Shown: piece after piece, positions 1 through 11,903 of the stretch
How the letters are laid out: each line of letters begins with the position of its first letter
How positions within the stretch are numbered: the first letter of the stretch is position 1
DNA from: Candidatus Zhuqueibacterota bacterium
GTDB lineage: Bacteria; Zhuqueibacterota; Zhuqueibacteria; Thermofontimicrobiales; Thermofontimicrobiaceae
DNA length: 64,000 bases
Direction of reading: 5' to 3'
Assembly (NCBI GenBank): GCA_049322915.1
Contig: JBMOPW010000044.1
Span: forward strand, 1 to 64,000
Position numbers and translations under genes: made by a program
The notes under the pieces: model-generated
What the model was told of the DNA's origin: nothing
The model's database searches: none
Seen by the model: the letters and a program-made list of their open reading frames with translations, nothing else

Positions 1-170
1 GACTGCTTTTGGGGTGATTTTTTCATGGCTAAAGTGATCCTTTTTGGTTCGATATTCATGTGTTTAACCACCTTAATATACGAATCTTGGATCACTTTAG
101 CTACTATTTTATTTTAGAATTTTAGGTGTTATTTGTTTTTTGAATTTTACTAATTCCGATTTTTTACATT

Positions 171-194
171 GCTCCTACGATCTCCGTGGGAGCG
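171..194. repeat. REP-like palindrome (copy 1)
   Basis: GCTCCTACG-ATCTC-CGTGGGAGC hairpin; 19/24 identical to 1548-1571. Confidence 0.6.
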
Positions 195-210
195 ATAATA
201 TTATTTCCTT

Positions 211-1452
211 ATGAAAGAAAAATTATCCTCAGAGTTAGCCCGAAAAATTATCCTCCACGCACAACTGCTGGATGGCCGAGCCGATCTGCCGGAAGGGAAA
301 CCGGGCGCTGAAGCGGCCATCACTCAATTGGGCTACGTGCAAATCGATCCCCTGCAGGTGGTGCAGCGGACGCATCATCACGTGTTGTGGACGCGCGTGC
401 CTGGCTACCGGCCAGACGATCTTGATGAATTGCTGTCCGATGATCGCCGCATTTTCGAATATTGGGGCCACGCCAATGCCTACCTTCCCATAGATAGCTA
501 TCGCTACTTTCTCCCCAAGATGCATAACTTCGATAGTCCCTCCACTCCCTGGGCAAAGCAGATGCTGGATCGGTGCAAAACAAAACTGGAACCGGTATTG
601 GAGCGAATCCGCGCCGAGGGCGCTATGTCATCAGCGGAATTTCCTGCGGACGATCCGAAGGATAAAGTGGAGCGGGAGGCCATCAAAACAGCGTTCGAGT
701 ACCTGTTCTGGCGCGGCGATGTGATGATTTCCAGTCGAAATAATTTTATCAAAATGTATGATTTAACCGGGCGAGTCCTGCCGGAAAACATCGACACCCG
801 GTTTCCGTCGGAGGAAGAAGCAGGTTTGTTTTTTGTGCGAACCGCGCTGCAGGCATTGGGCGTCGCGACTGAAAAAGAGATCCGGCTTTTCATGCAGGCA
901 GAGTCGGCGCGGGACAGACAGTTCTCTTCATCGGATAAAAAAGTGATCTCCAGCGTCCTCATGAATTTGGCTGAAAGCAGGGAGGTTGCACAATTCGAAA
1001 TTGGGAATGAAAATAAATCAGTTTATTTTGGTTTTTCAAATGTATTGGAAAAAGTTTCGCCGCGGGAAAATAATGTTCAGCCAATTCACCTCCTTTCCCC
1101 GTTCGATAATCTCATCATCCAGCGCGAGCGGTTGAAAAAGCTGTTCAATTTTAATTATACAATGGAATGCTACGTGCCGGCCGCCAAACGAAAGGTCGGC
1201 TATTACGTGATGCCCATTCTGTGGGGAACGGAGTTCATCGGCCGATTCGATCCCAAAGCAGATCGAAAGAACTACACGCTGGTCATTAATAATCTGGCTT
1301 TCGAGCCAACCTTCGCAAATTTCGAAGCATGCCTGCCGGAATTGAGCGCGAAATTTTGGGACATGGCCCAGTTCAATGAATGCAATAAAATTCAATTGGA
1401 AAAGATCTGGCCTGAGCGGATTAAGAATGAGGTTTCTGCTATGCTTCAGTAA
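211..1452 (+). CDS. ycaQ: YcaQ/AlkZ-family winged-helix DNA crosslink-repair glycosylase
   Basis: N-terminal QxD motif (GYVQIDP...HHHVLWTRV), FEYWGH, and C-terminal LLSPFDNLI...YTMECYVPAAKRKVGYYVMPIL...GRFDPKADR typical of YcaQ. Confidence 0.88.
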   Translation: MKEKLSSELARKIILHAQLLDGRADLPEGKPGAEAAITQLGYVQIDPLQVVQRTHHHVLWTRVPGYRPDDLDELLSDDRRIFEYWGHANAYLPIDSYRYFLPKMHNFDSPSTPWAKQMLDRCKTKLEPVLERIRAEGAMSSAEFPADDPKDKVEREAIKTAFEYLFWRGDVMISSRNNFIKMYDLTGRVLPENIDTRFPSEEEAGLFFVRTALQALGVATEKEIRLFMQAESARDRQFSSSDKKVISSVLMNLAESREVAQFEIGNENKSVYFGFSNVLEKVSPRENNVQPIHLLSPFDNLIIQRERLKKLFNFNYTMECYVPAAKRKVGYYVMPILWGTEFIGRFDPKADRKNYTLVINNLAFEPTFANFEACLPELSAKFWDMAQFNECNKIQLEKIWPERIKNEVSAMLQ

Positions 1453-1482
1453 ATGGAAATATAAGGAGCCTACTTTCATCTA

Positions 1483-1519
1483 AGAAATAGAACGCTGATG
1501 ACACGGATTTGCAAGGATT
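1483..1519 (+). repeat. 9-bp-period repeat arm (ACRCRGATK family)
   Basis: AGAAATAGA-ACGCTGATG-ACACGGATT-TGCAAGGATT; matches the reverse complement of 4045-4080 and the arm at 10476-10521. Confidence 0.65.
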
Positions 1520-1547
1520 ATACCGAAGAATTTTCAAATAGCATCTC

Positions 1548-1571
1548 GCTCCCACAGTCTCCATGAGAGCG
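1548..1571. repeat. REP-like palindrome (copy 2)
   Basis: GCTCCCACAGTCTCCATGAGAGCG, degenerate direct copy of 171-194. Confidence 0.55.
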
Positions 1572-1734
1572 TAGCGCGAGATGATAATGCGATGGATATG
1601 GAATCCACATTTTTTTCCATCCTCGGCAGCCGCACGTCGAAAGCGCGGTTCGAATTAAGCTATAAGCACAATATGGAAATTCCGCAAGAGCGATTCGTTT
1701 TGCCTGTTATGGATTATTAAAAGGAGAAAAATCG

Positions 1735-3885
1735 ATGTTCAATTCTGCCAATAAGATTATTTTAATATCTACTCTATTCATTGTATTATTTGCTATTCAG
1801 GTCAGTTTTTCAACGCCGCAAAACACGGATTTCCCAACGCCGGAGGACCTCACAGAAATTTTATCTCCCATCCTGAAAAAGCACAACGTCCCGGCACTCG
1901 CTGCTGCATTTGTCCTCGACGGAAAAATTGTCGGCGCCGGCGCAGTTGGTGTTCGGAAGGTCGGGAGCGACGTGAACGTCACACTGGACGACGCATTTGA
2001 CATTGGTTCCTGCACCAAAGCCATGACCGCAACAGTGCTCGGAATATTGGTGGAACAGGGAAAACTTCGCTGGGACGAAACGCTGGACCAGGCGCTGCCT
2101 GATTTGGCTGATGAGATGCACATTGACTGCAAAAAAATAACCATCGAGCAGTTGCTCACCCATCGCGCCGGATTGCCGACGTACGGCGGCGAATTGCCAG
2201 CCGGGAAAACAATCGGAGATTTGTACACGATGCCCGGCACGCCACGCGAACAGCGAAAATTGTACACGCGCCTGATGCTGAAACAACCGCCGGAAATCAC
2301 ACCCGGGGAGCGGTACAGCTATTCCAACGTGGGATATTCCATCGCCGGGACGATTGCTGAAGAAATTTTGGACCTGCCGTGGGAAATACTGATCGATTCA
2401 TTGCTATTCAAACCACTGGGCATGACCACAGCCGACTACGAGTTGCGCGGCTCACCTGAAAAAATTGAAATGCCCTGGCAGCACGCGTTCGAGGCTGGGC
2501 AACGCATTCCCATCGATCCAACGGTGCCGAATCCGATTGTCATTCGCCCGGCCGGCGATGCGCGCTGTTCGGTGCAGGATTGGGCAAAGTTCGTCATCGC
2601 CCATTTGAACGGGGATGCGGGTCGGCCAACGCCACTTCAACTCAAGGATTTTAAAACGCTGCACACACCGTCGGCCGGCAGCGACTATGCCATGGGCTGG
2701 ATGGCCGCGGATCGGCAATGGGGCGGAGGTCGCGTGTTCTGGCATTCCGGCAGCAATAATCTGAATTACGCAGTTGTATGGATAGCGCCGCTGAAAAATA
2801 TGGCGGTGGTTGTGGTTACTAACCAGGGCGGCGAGATAGCCTATCAGGCCTGCGATGAAACCGCCGGAGCGCTCATCCAGCACTATCGTTTTCGCGCTGC
2901 GACGCTTCTGGATAATCTGAACTGGAGCCCCAAATGGTTAGCCTGGATGGGCTGCGTCAAGGGCTGTCTCGATTATCTCAAAATGAACGTGTCCGATGCA
3001 TGGCTTTACGGCGCAACCGGGTATGCCTTCCTCCTCAACGTGCATGAGCGCGTTCTTTCCTCCAGCGTCGGAGGATGGAGTAGAGATAGGCTTTATGAAT
3101 TGGGCGAGAATATCGGTTTCCGCACCGAACGAATTGTGGGCGAAAAGGATAAACCCGATTTCGCAGAGCAACAAAAACTGGCCTGGGAGAAAGTCCGCGC
3201 GGCCATCGATAACGGTGTGCCCTGCATTGGCTATCCGCTGCATTACATTCCCGAAGATTATGTCATTTTTGGTTACGATGAAACCGGCTACAATTATAAA
3301 GGTGTGGATGTAGAGTCTGGCGAGGGGCCGGTCGCTTGGCAGACATTGGGTCGGCAGGATGGTTATTTTCAGGTGAAAATTCTGAGGCCGATTGAGCCGG
3401 CAAATGATGCGAAAACCATAAAAGACGCACTGCAATTTGTCCTTGATTTTTCCAAAGAAAAAAATGAATGGATTTCTCCCGAATGCACGGCCGGTCCTGC
3501 CGGGTACGATGTGTGGATAAAGGCGCTGCAGGGAAAAAAGGCGGATGCATTTGGCGCAGCGTTCATTCCCCCAGTATGGGCGGAGTGCCGAAGCTATGCG
3601 GTTCAGTTTTTGGATGAAGCAAAGGGACGATTGTCGCCGGAACTGGGTGACTTATTCGAAGAAGCTAAAATCCAGTACCGGGTCTCAGCGGAAAATTTGA
3701 AGCAAGTGTCCGAGGTGTTCCCGTGCTTCTCTGTGTCGGAGCAGCAGCGGGAGGTGAATGTGAAGGATGACCGGAAAATAGCGCAGGCAGTGGAATGCCT
3801 GAAGCAAGCCCGCGAGGCTGATAAAGCCGGATTGGTGGTTCTGGAAAAGATCGTTGAAAAACTGTCCCGCGAATCCGCCAAATAG
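1735..3885 (+). CDS. Secreted serine hydrolase (beta-lactamase/S12 family) fused to a C-terminal BtrH-N/papain-like uncharacterised domain
   Basis: Signal peptide; SxxK (GSCTK), LLTHRAG, YSN and HSG motifs in aa ~35-385; separate domain from ~aa 390 (WMGCVKGCLDYL..DAWLYGATGYAF..VIFGYD); RBS AAAGGAG. Confidence 0.8.
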   Translation: MFNSANKIILISTLFIVLFAIQVSFSTPQNTDFPTPEDLTEILSPILKKHNVPALAAAFVLDGKIVGAGAVGVRKVGSDVNVTLDDAFDIGSCTKAMTATVLGILVEQGKLRWDETLDQALPDLADEMHIDCKKITIEQLLTHRAGLPTYGGELPAGKTIGDLYTMPGTPREQRKLYTRLMLKQPPEITPGERYSYSNVGYSIAGTIAEEILDLPWEILIDSLLFKPLGMTTADYELRGSPEKIEMPWQHAFEAGQRIPIDPTVPNPIVIRPAGDARCSVQDWAKFVIAHLNGDAGRPTPLQLKDFKTLHTPSAGSDYAMGWMAADRQWGGGRVFWHSGSNNLNYAVVWIAPLKNMAVVVVTNQGGEIAYQACDETAGALIQHYRFRAATLLDNLNWSPKWLAWMGCVKGCLDYLKMNVSDAWLYGATGYAFLLNVHERVLSSSVGGWSRDRLYELGENIGFRTERIVGEKDKPDFAEQQKLAWEKVRAAIDNGVPCIGYPLHYIPEDYVIFGYDETGYNYKGVDVESGEGPVAWQTLGRQDGYFQVKILRPIEPANDAKTIKDALQFVLDFSKEKNEWISPECTAGPAGYDVWIKALQGKKADAFGAAFIPPVWAECRSYAVQFLDEAKGRLSPELGDLFEEAKIQYRVSAENLKQVSEVFPCFSVSEQQREVNVKDDRKIAQAVECLKQAREADKAGLVVLEKIVEKLSRESAK

Positions 3886-3939
3886 AAAGCGGACGTGCCG
3901 CACACGAAAAATATCAGCGTAGCAGATTTCGAGCCAAAG

Positions 3940-4080
3940 CACGGAACGCTGATGATCCGCCAAAAAGATGGCGGAGCTTCCGCTCAGATCACGCCAGGGC
4001 GGATGCGTCATTCAGCGCATTTACACGGATTAAGAATCTGTGAAGATCAGCGTCATCCGCGTAATCAGTGTTCTATTTCT
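3940..4080. repeat. Composite inverted-repeat element with 9-bp-period arms and nested TCCGCC/GGCGGA mini-hairpins
   Basis: Left arm CACGGAACGCTGATGA...TTTACACGGATT; right arm AATCTGTGA-A-GATCAGCGT-CATCCGCGT-AATCAGTGT-TCTATTTCT; internal TCCGCC-AAAAAGAT-GGCGGA. Confidence 0.7.
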
Positions 4081-4465
4081 TGTTATTTCTGGCATGTCCA
4101 GGTTAGGGAATCAAAAAACAATTAGTTAGAATGAAAGTCAAGAAGACGGAAAAGGCTTTCAGCGATCAGTTATCAACTTAACAATTCACCAGATTTCCTG
4201 GCTGAAGTTCATTCTGGTGTTTCTTTCAATCCGGTTCACATCCCGGGAAATTCAATTTTCGCTCCGGACTTTCACTGATATACATTGAAAAATCCGGGAA
4301 ACTGGTGAATTTCTTTTGAAGAATATCCCCCGGGATAATAGAGATTGAAAAATGAATTCTGAATGTTCTAATCAAAGAATTTTTACTTGCAAAAGTGAAT
4401 AAAATTGTTACTATTATATCATGATTTCGAGGCAAAAAAATCTGTCACATGGTTCAGGAGGTGCA

Positions 4466-7405
4466 ATGGTCAGATTATACCGAAGGTACAGTTTTTCGTT
4501 TCTTATCTTAATTCTTTTTTTCTGCTTTATAAGCCCGCTCGCGGCGAATGATTCACCGCAAAAACGCTCGCTCACTCACAATGACTATGATACCTGGAAA
4601 GCAATTGAGACACCGAAAATCTCCGCGGACGGCCGTTGGATTTTATTCCTGGAAACGCCCCAGGACGGTGACGTCTTCCTGATCGCAAAGAATGTTATGG
4701 ATGGCAGGGAATATCGGTACGGTGTCGGTTATTCCGGCGAGGACATCAATGCGGAGCGAACTGCGCGACCCGAGTTCACCTATAGCTCCAGTCATGTCGT
4801 GTTCCTGATTTCTCCGACAAAGGCTGAATGCGATACGTCGAAGCAATTGAAAAAGGGCGCTAAAAAAGACAATGGCGACGCGACGAAAAAGAGGCTCGGA
4901 ATTTTGAACCTGACGGACGGGGCTGTGGTCGTCATTGACAGCGTGAAAAGTTTTTCCCTCCCGGAAGAAGCGTCCGGCTGGGTGGCCTATTTAAAAATGG
5001 ACCCGGCAAAGAAAGAAAAGAAGAAGGATGAAAAGGAGGAGGAAGCGGGGAAAAAGTCCGAAGAAGGCGCAGCGGTGAAAAAGGAGAAGACCAAAGCCGA
5101 GGAAGAAAAGGAAAAGTGGGATAAAGAGAAAGCGGATAAAAAGAAGTACGGCGCGCGGCTCGTCCTTCAACAGCTCAGCGACACGACAAAGACGCAGATT
5201 GAATCCGTGCTGGAATACCGATTCACCAAAAACGGAACGTACCTGCTTTACATCGTATCCAGCAAGGACAAGCCGGAGACCGATGGTCTGTATGCGCTCA
5301 TGCCGGCGCAGTCGCGCATGACGCCCTTGCTGACTGGAAAGGGAGATTATAAAAAGTGGAGTATGAATAAACAGGAAACGCGGCTGGCGCTGGTGACAGA
5401 CCGCGATGATCGCGAGGCAAAGGAACCGACCTTTGCGCTGTATGGGTGGAACGTGGGCGCGAATGGCGCGGAATTGTGGGTATTGCACAGGGCGACCAAA
5501 AATTTTCCGGACAGCATGGCCGTGAGCGATAAATCCGATATCATGTTCAGCGAGGACGGAAGCGTAGTGCTGTTCGGAATCAAAGAGATTCCAAAGGTGA
5601 AAGACGATGGCGGGGACGAAGAAAAGAAAGGCGAATCCAAAAAAGCTAAGTTCGAATTATGGCATTGGAACGATCCCTATCCCCAGCCGCAGCAGAAAAA
5701 GATGGCGAAGCAGGTGCGCGACAATACCTGGGAATCGCTTTTCTTTATCGATAAAAAGCAGTTCGTGAAACTGGCGGATGAGAAACTGCCGGACGTGCGT
5801 CTCGGGCGGGACGGCAAAATCGCCTGGGCCGTGGATCCCTGGCCCTATGCCAAACGGGTCTCGTACTTTGGCGCGTTCAACGATTTCTACGTCATCGATC
5901 CGAAGACCGGGGACCGAACCCTGGTGAAGCAGGATATTTACGGCAACGCAGCCCTTTCTCCCAATAGCAAATATCTGTACTGGTTTGTGGACAGGGCCTG
6001 GTATGTGTACACCATCAAAACCGGCGTCACATCGAATATCACCGGTTCGCTGGGAGTTCGATTCGATATGGAAGACTGGGATATGCCCGGCCCGCCGGGC
6101 GATTACGGCATTGCCGGCTGGACCAATAACGATCAATCCATTCTGGTGTACGATCGATACGATATCTGGGAAATCAGTCCGGATGGCAGTCGGGCAAGGA
6201 CAATCACCGAAGGGTTCGGCAGAAACAACAATCTTTCGCTGCGGTATGTGCGCCTGGATCCCGAGGAACAGACCATTGATCAGGCGCAGGACATGCTGCT
6301 CCATGCCACGAATGAGAACTCCATGGCGACGGGATTTTACACGGATCGCGTTCAGGGCGAGGCCGCGCCGCGGCAATTGGTCATGATGGATAAAAGTATC
6401 GGGCCTCGGGTGACCAAGGCCAAAAAAGCGGACGCGATCGTTTTCACTCAGTCAAGTTTCGCTGAATTTCCGGATTTGTGGGTGAGCGATGTTCAATTCA
6501 GCGCGCCGAAAAAGCTGACCGATATGGGTCGACAGATGGAGCCGTTCATCTGGGGGAAAGCAGAATTGCGGGAATTCACGAGTTCCGATGGCAAGCCGCT
6601 CAAGGGCATTCTCATCACGCCGGAAAATTTCGATGCATCAAAAAAATATCCGCTGATGGTTTACATTTACGAGACGCTCCACTCCGGGCTGCATCGGTTT
6701 CGCGATCCATCGCCAGGCACGTCCGTCAACCCGACGTTTTATGCCAGCAACGGCTACATCCTGTGGATGCCTGACATCGAGTACGGCACAGGCTATCCCG
6801 GCAAGGACGCGTTGAAATGCGTGCTGCCAGGCATTCAGATGCTGGTGAGCGAGGGTTATATCGATGAGAAAGCCATTGGCATTCAGGGCCATTCCTGGGG
6901 CGGCTACCAGATTGCCTACATGATCACCCAGACCAATGTCTTTGCAGCCGCCGAAGCCGGCGCGCCTGTCTGCAACATGACCAGCGCCTACGACGGCATT
7001 CGCTGGGGCACTGGCATGGTCCGCCAATTTCAATACGAAAAATCCCAAAGCCGATTGGGCGCCAGTCTGTGGGAAGTGCCCATGCGGTACATAGAAAATT
7101 CCCCCATCTTCTGGGCGGATAAAGTAGAAACTCCAATTTTGATGATTCACAACGATGCCGATGGCGCAGTGCCCTGGTATCAGGGAATTGAGTACATCAT
7201 GGCGCTTCGCCGCCTGGGCAAGGAAGCCTACATGTTCAATTACACAGGAGAAGATCACGGGCTGGAAAAACGGGTCAACCAAATGGATTGGACGGTCCGC
7301 ATGGCCGAGTTTTTCGATCATTTTCTCAAACATGCACCGGCGCCGAAATGGATGACGGACGGCATTAAAGCGTGGGAGCACGAGGGAGAAGAAAAGGAGA
7401 AATAG
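4466..7405 (+). CDS. Secreted S9 prolyl oligopeptidase/acylaminoacyl peptidase family protein
   Basis: GHSWGG nucleophile, HNDADGAV (Asp), EDHGL (His), N-terminal propeller region; start set at ATG 4466 after AGGAGG; signal peptide; K/E-rich linker. Confidence 0.9.
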   Translation: MVRLYRRYSFSFLILILFFCFISPLAANDSPQKRSLTHNDYDTWKAIETPKISADGRWILFLETPQDGDVFLIAKNVMDGREYRYGVGYSGEDINAERTARPEFTYSSSHVVFLISPTKAECDTSKQLKKGAKKDNGDATKKRLGILNLTDGAVVVIDSVKSFSLPEEASGWVAYLKMDPAKKEKKKDEKEEEAGKKSEEGAAVKKEKTKAEEEKEKWDKEKADKKKYGARLVLQQLSDTTKTQIESVLEYRFTKNGTYLLYIVSSKDKPETDGLYALMPAQSRMTPLLTGKGDYKKWSMNKQETRLALVTDRDDREAKEPTFALYGWNVGANGAELWVLHRATKNFPDSMAVSDKSDIMFSEDGSVVLFGIKEIPKVKDDGGDEEKKGESKKAKFELWHWNDPYPQPQQKKMAKQVRDNTWESLFFIDKKQFVKLADEKLPDVRLGRDGKIAWAVDPWPYAKRVSYFGAFNDFYVIDPKTGDRTLVKQDIYGNAALSPNSKYLYWFVDRAWYVYTIKTGVTSNITGSLGVRFDMEDWDMPGPPGDYGIAGWTNNDQSILVYDRYDIWEISPDGSRARTITEGFGRNNNLSLRYVRLDPEEQTIDQAQDMLLHATNENSMATGFYTDRVQGEAAPRQLVMMDKSIGPRVTKAKKADAIVFTQSSFAEFPDLWVSDVQFSAPKKLTDMGRQMEPFIWGKAELREFTSSDGKPLKGILITPENFDASKKYPLMVYIYETLHSGLHRFRDPSPGTSVNPTFYASNGYILWMPDIEYGTGYPGKDALKCVLPGIQMLVSEGYIDEKAIGIQGHSWGGYQIAYMITQTNVFAAAEAGAPVCNMTSAYDGIRWGTGMVRQFQYEKSQSRLGASLWEVPMRYIENSPIFWADKVETPILMIHNDADGAVPWYQGIEYIMALRRLGKEAYMFNYTGEDHGLEKRVNQMDWTVRMAEFFDHFLKHAPAPKWMTDGIKAWEHEGEEKEK

Positions 7406-7531
7406 CAACACAATCTTTTTGGTTCCAACAATGTTGGACGTCGGCCATTTTAGAAGGGGATGGCCGTGGCCGGCAATTTTCAATTTACTTTTTATTCCAA
7501 AGAAGAGAAAAATCAATTTCAGGAGGAGTTA

Positions 7532-9319
<1,788 letters not shown>

Positions 9320-9330
9320 GAAATTCGCGA

Positions 9331-10452
9331 ATGATTGACACCTCGATTTTTCACCATGTCGCGGACGATCCCCACGGGTATGCTGCCGATTGGAAGCGGC
9401 GGACCGGGAAACAGGTCATTGGTTATCTCTGTACCTATACGCCTGAAGAAATTATTTTTGCTGCCGATGCGCTGCCATTCAGAATTTTTGGCGCATCGGA
9501 ACACATTGCCGAAGCAAATGCGTTTCTTCAGGCGTATTGTTGTTCTCTGGCCAGGGGCGGACTGGAAGAAGCGCTGACCGGGCGATTGTCATTCCTGGAT
9601 GGCGCCGTATTTCCGCACACCTGCGACACCATTCAGCGGCTGTCCGATATCTGGCGATTGAACGCCGGCTTTTCCCTGCATTTCGACGTCGTGCTGCCGG
9701 TTAAGCTCAATTCCCGGAGCGCAACGGACTACGTGGTCTCCGTGTTCGATAAATTCCGGTCGGATGTCGCAAACAGACTGGGCCGGGAAATCACTGACCA
9801 GGCGTTGAGCCAGGCCATTGCAGTGTACAATCGAATTAGGGAGTTGTTGGCTGAAATCTATGCCATGCGCAGCAACAATCCGGCGCTCATCTCCGGTCGC
9901 GATGTGTATGCCATCTTGAAATCGGCGATGGTCATGGATCGCCGCGAATTAGCGGAGCGCCTCGCTGGACTTGTGGCTGACTTGAAGCGCAACGACACAG
10001 TCTCCGCAGCGCCGCGGTGCAAGCGACTTGTGCTGGCCGGCGGCGTCTGCAATTTCCCGAATATTCATCAAATTATCGAAGAGGCTGGCGGCGATGTGGT
10101 CTGGGATGAATTGTGTACCGGGTCACGCTATTTCGACGGCAAGATTCGTGAAAACGGCGAGCCGATCTCTGCCATTGCGGAACGCTATTCGAATCGAATC
10201 ATCTGCCCGGCCAAGCATACGGACCTGACATCCCGCGGAGAGAATTTGGTGAAACTGGTTCAGGAGCATCGTGCGGCGGGCGTGATTTTTCTTTTCCTCA
10301 AATTCTGCGATCCCCATGCATTCGATTATCCCTATCTCAAAGAATACCTGGACAACGCCGGGATTCCCAGCCTTCATCTTGAATTGGAACAGCAACTCCC
10401 TTCGGACGGGCAGGTGCGAACACGGCTGGAAGCGTTTATGGAGATGGTGTAG
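9331..10452 (+). CDS. 2-hydroxyacyl-CoA dehydratase family subunit (HgdB/FldC/BcrC-like)
   Basis: YTPEEIIFAA, YCCSLARG, HTCD, KFCDPH, QVRTRLEAFMEM Fe-S subunit signatures. Confidence 0.88.
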   Translation: MIDTSIFHHVADDPHGYAADWKRRTGKQVIGYLCTYTPEEIIFAADALPFRIFGASEHIAEANAFLQAYCCSLARGGLEEALTGRLSFLDGAVFPHTCDTIQRLSDIWRLNAGFSLHFDVVLPVKLNSRSATDYVVSVFDKFRSDVANRLGREITDQALSQAIAVYNRIRELLAEIYAMRSNNPALISGRDVYAILKSAMVMDRRELAERLAGLVADLKRNDTVSAAPRCKRLVLAGGVCNFPNIHQIIEEAGGDVVWDELCTGSRYFDGKIRENGEPISAIAERYSNRIICPAKHTDLTSRGENLVKLVQEHRAAGVIFLFLKFCDPHAFDYPYLKEYLDNAGIPSLHLELEQQLPSDGQVRTRLEAFMEMV

Positions 10453-10475
10453 GGGATTGGTGTGATATCGCATTG

Positions 10476-10643
10476 AGAAATGGAACGCGGATGACGCGGA
10501 TTACACAGATTTTCACGGATTATTAAAATCAATAATGAGCAAGATACCTGCAAAGAAATTGGGAGGCTGTCAGGACGATAATGGCTTATTGCATAAAATA
10601 TAAATTTGTTTAATCCGTCAAATCAGTTAAATCTACATTCAAT
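10476..10643. repeat. 9-bp-period inverted-repeat element between the dehydratase subunit genes
   Basis: Left ACGCGGATG-ACGCGGATT-ACACAGATT-T-TCACGGATT (10485-10521); right AATCCGTCA-AATCAGTTA-AATCTACAT (10612-10638). Confidence 0.7.
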
Positions 10644-10667
10644 CAGCTTTTTATCCTGGAGCACTGA

Positions 10668-11903
10668 ATGACCACCAAACGAAAACCCATCGATCCGGAA
10701 AAAGAAAAACGAAGAATCAAGTCCGTCGCCCGGATGAAGAAAATTATGAAACGTTATTACTGGCGGGCTAAGACAGCGAAGTATTTCCGAAAGAAAGTGG
10801 CGTGGATTACCAGCGGCGGGCCGGTGGAGCCGCTCATCGCCATGGACGTAATTCCGGTGTACCCGGAAAATCACGGCGCCATGATCGGCGCCAGCAAGAT
10901 GGGCGTTGACCTCTGCCAGATTTCCGAGGAGATGGGCTATTCGCAGGATGTGTGTTCCTACGTCCGCGCCGATATTGGCAGTTCCGCCACCAAAGGAGGG
11001 CCCATCGGTGGGCTGCCAAAACCAGATTTCCTCGTTTGCTGCAACAACATCTGCGGCACAGTTCTCAAATGGTACGAAATTCAGGCGCGAAAATACAACG
11101 CGCCCCTGTTCATCTTCGATACACCGTTCATCCACACGGAATTTTCGGCCGAAGCCAGAACGTATGTGCAGCGGCAGATGCGCGAGTATATTCAATTCCT
11201 GGAAACAGTGTGCAGAAAGAAAATGAACATGAATCGCATGCAGGAAGTGGGCGCGCTATCCATTCGCGCGCAGAAACTGTGGCAGCAGATCCTCGATTGC
11301 CCGGCCAACAAGCCGGCGCCCATGACTGCCTTTGATGCGTTCTTCCACCTGGCGCTGATCGTCACGCTGCGCGGCACTCAGACTGTGGTTGATTATTACG
11401 AGCAGCTTCTGGCTGAAATGCGCCAGCGAGTGGCCGACGGCGTCAGCATGGTGCCCAACGAGAAATACCGTTTCCTCTGGGACAATCTGCCTATCTGGTA
11501 TCGCGTGCGCTGGTTGTCCGAAAAATTTTCAGCGCACAATGCCTGCCTGGTTGCCGACACCTACACATCGGCCTGGAGCGGCGTGGTGCATTTGCTGGAT
11601 GAAAATAATTTGCTGGATTCCATGGCCGTGGCCTATTCAAATGTGCATCTCAATGTGTCCGTCGATCGGATGTTCGTGACAGTGGCGGCCATGGCGGAGA
11701 AATACCAGGTGGACGGCATTATCATGCATTCCAACCGAAGCTGCAAACCGTATTCATTCGGGCAATACGATTTGCAAAGGCTCATTTCGAAAAAATTACA
11801 GTTGCCCACGTTAATTCTGGAAGCGGATATGGTGGACGAGCGCAGTTTCAGCGAGAGCCAGATCGAAACCCGCATCGATGCGTTCATGGAGACATTCCAA
11901 TGA
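10668..11903 (+). CDS. 2-hydroxyacyl-CoA dehydratase family subunit (HgdA/FldB/BcrB-like)
   Basis: YPENHGA, DVCSYVR, LPKPDFL, NICGTVLKWY, RSCKP, ETRIDAFME. Confidence 0.88.
   Translation: MTTKRKPIDPEKEKRRIKSVARMKKIMKRYYWRAKTAKYFRKKVAWITSGGPVEPLIAMDVIPVYPENHGAMIGASKMGVDLCQISEEMGYSQDVCSYVRADIGSSATKGGPIGGLPKPDFLVCCNNICGTVLKWYEIQARKYNAPLFIFDTPFIHTEFSAEARTYVQRQMREYIQFLETVCRKKMNMNRMQEVGALSIRAQKLWQQILDCPANKPAPMTAFDAFFHLALIVTLRGTQTVVDYYEQLLAEMRQRVADGVSMVPNEKYRFLWDNLPIWYRVRWLSEKFSAHNACLVADTYTSAWSGVVHLLDENNLLDSMAVAYSNVHLNVSVDRMFVTVAAMAEKYQVDGIIMHSNRSCKPYSFGQYDLQRLISKKLQLPTLILEADMVDERSFSESQIETRIDAFMETFQ

Noticed and set aside
1..26. Possible start of a - strand gene (MKKSPQKQ...) at the window edge
   Set aside because: Only 8 codons are visible, too few to support or name.
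3895..4125. 76-aa ORF downstream of the serine hydrolase
   Set aside because: It lies over the composite repeat element and has no protein-like features.
4990..5150. A/G-rich low-complexity tract
   Set aside because: It encodes a Lys/Glu-rich linker inside the S9 peptidase and is not an independent repeat element.
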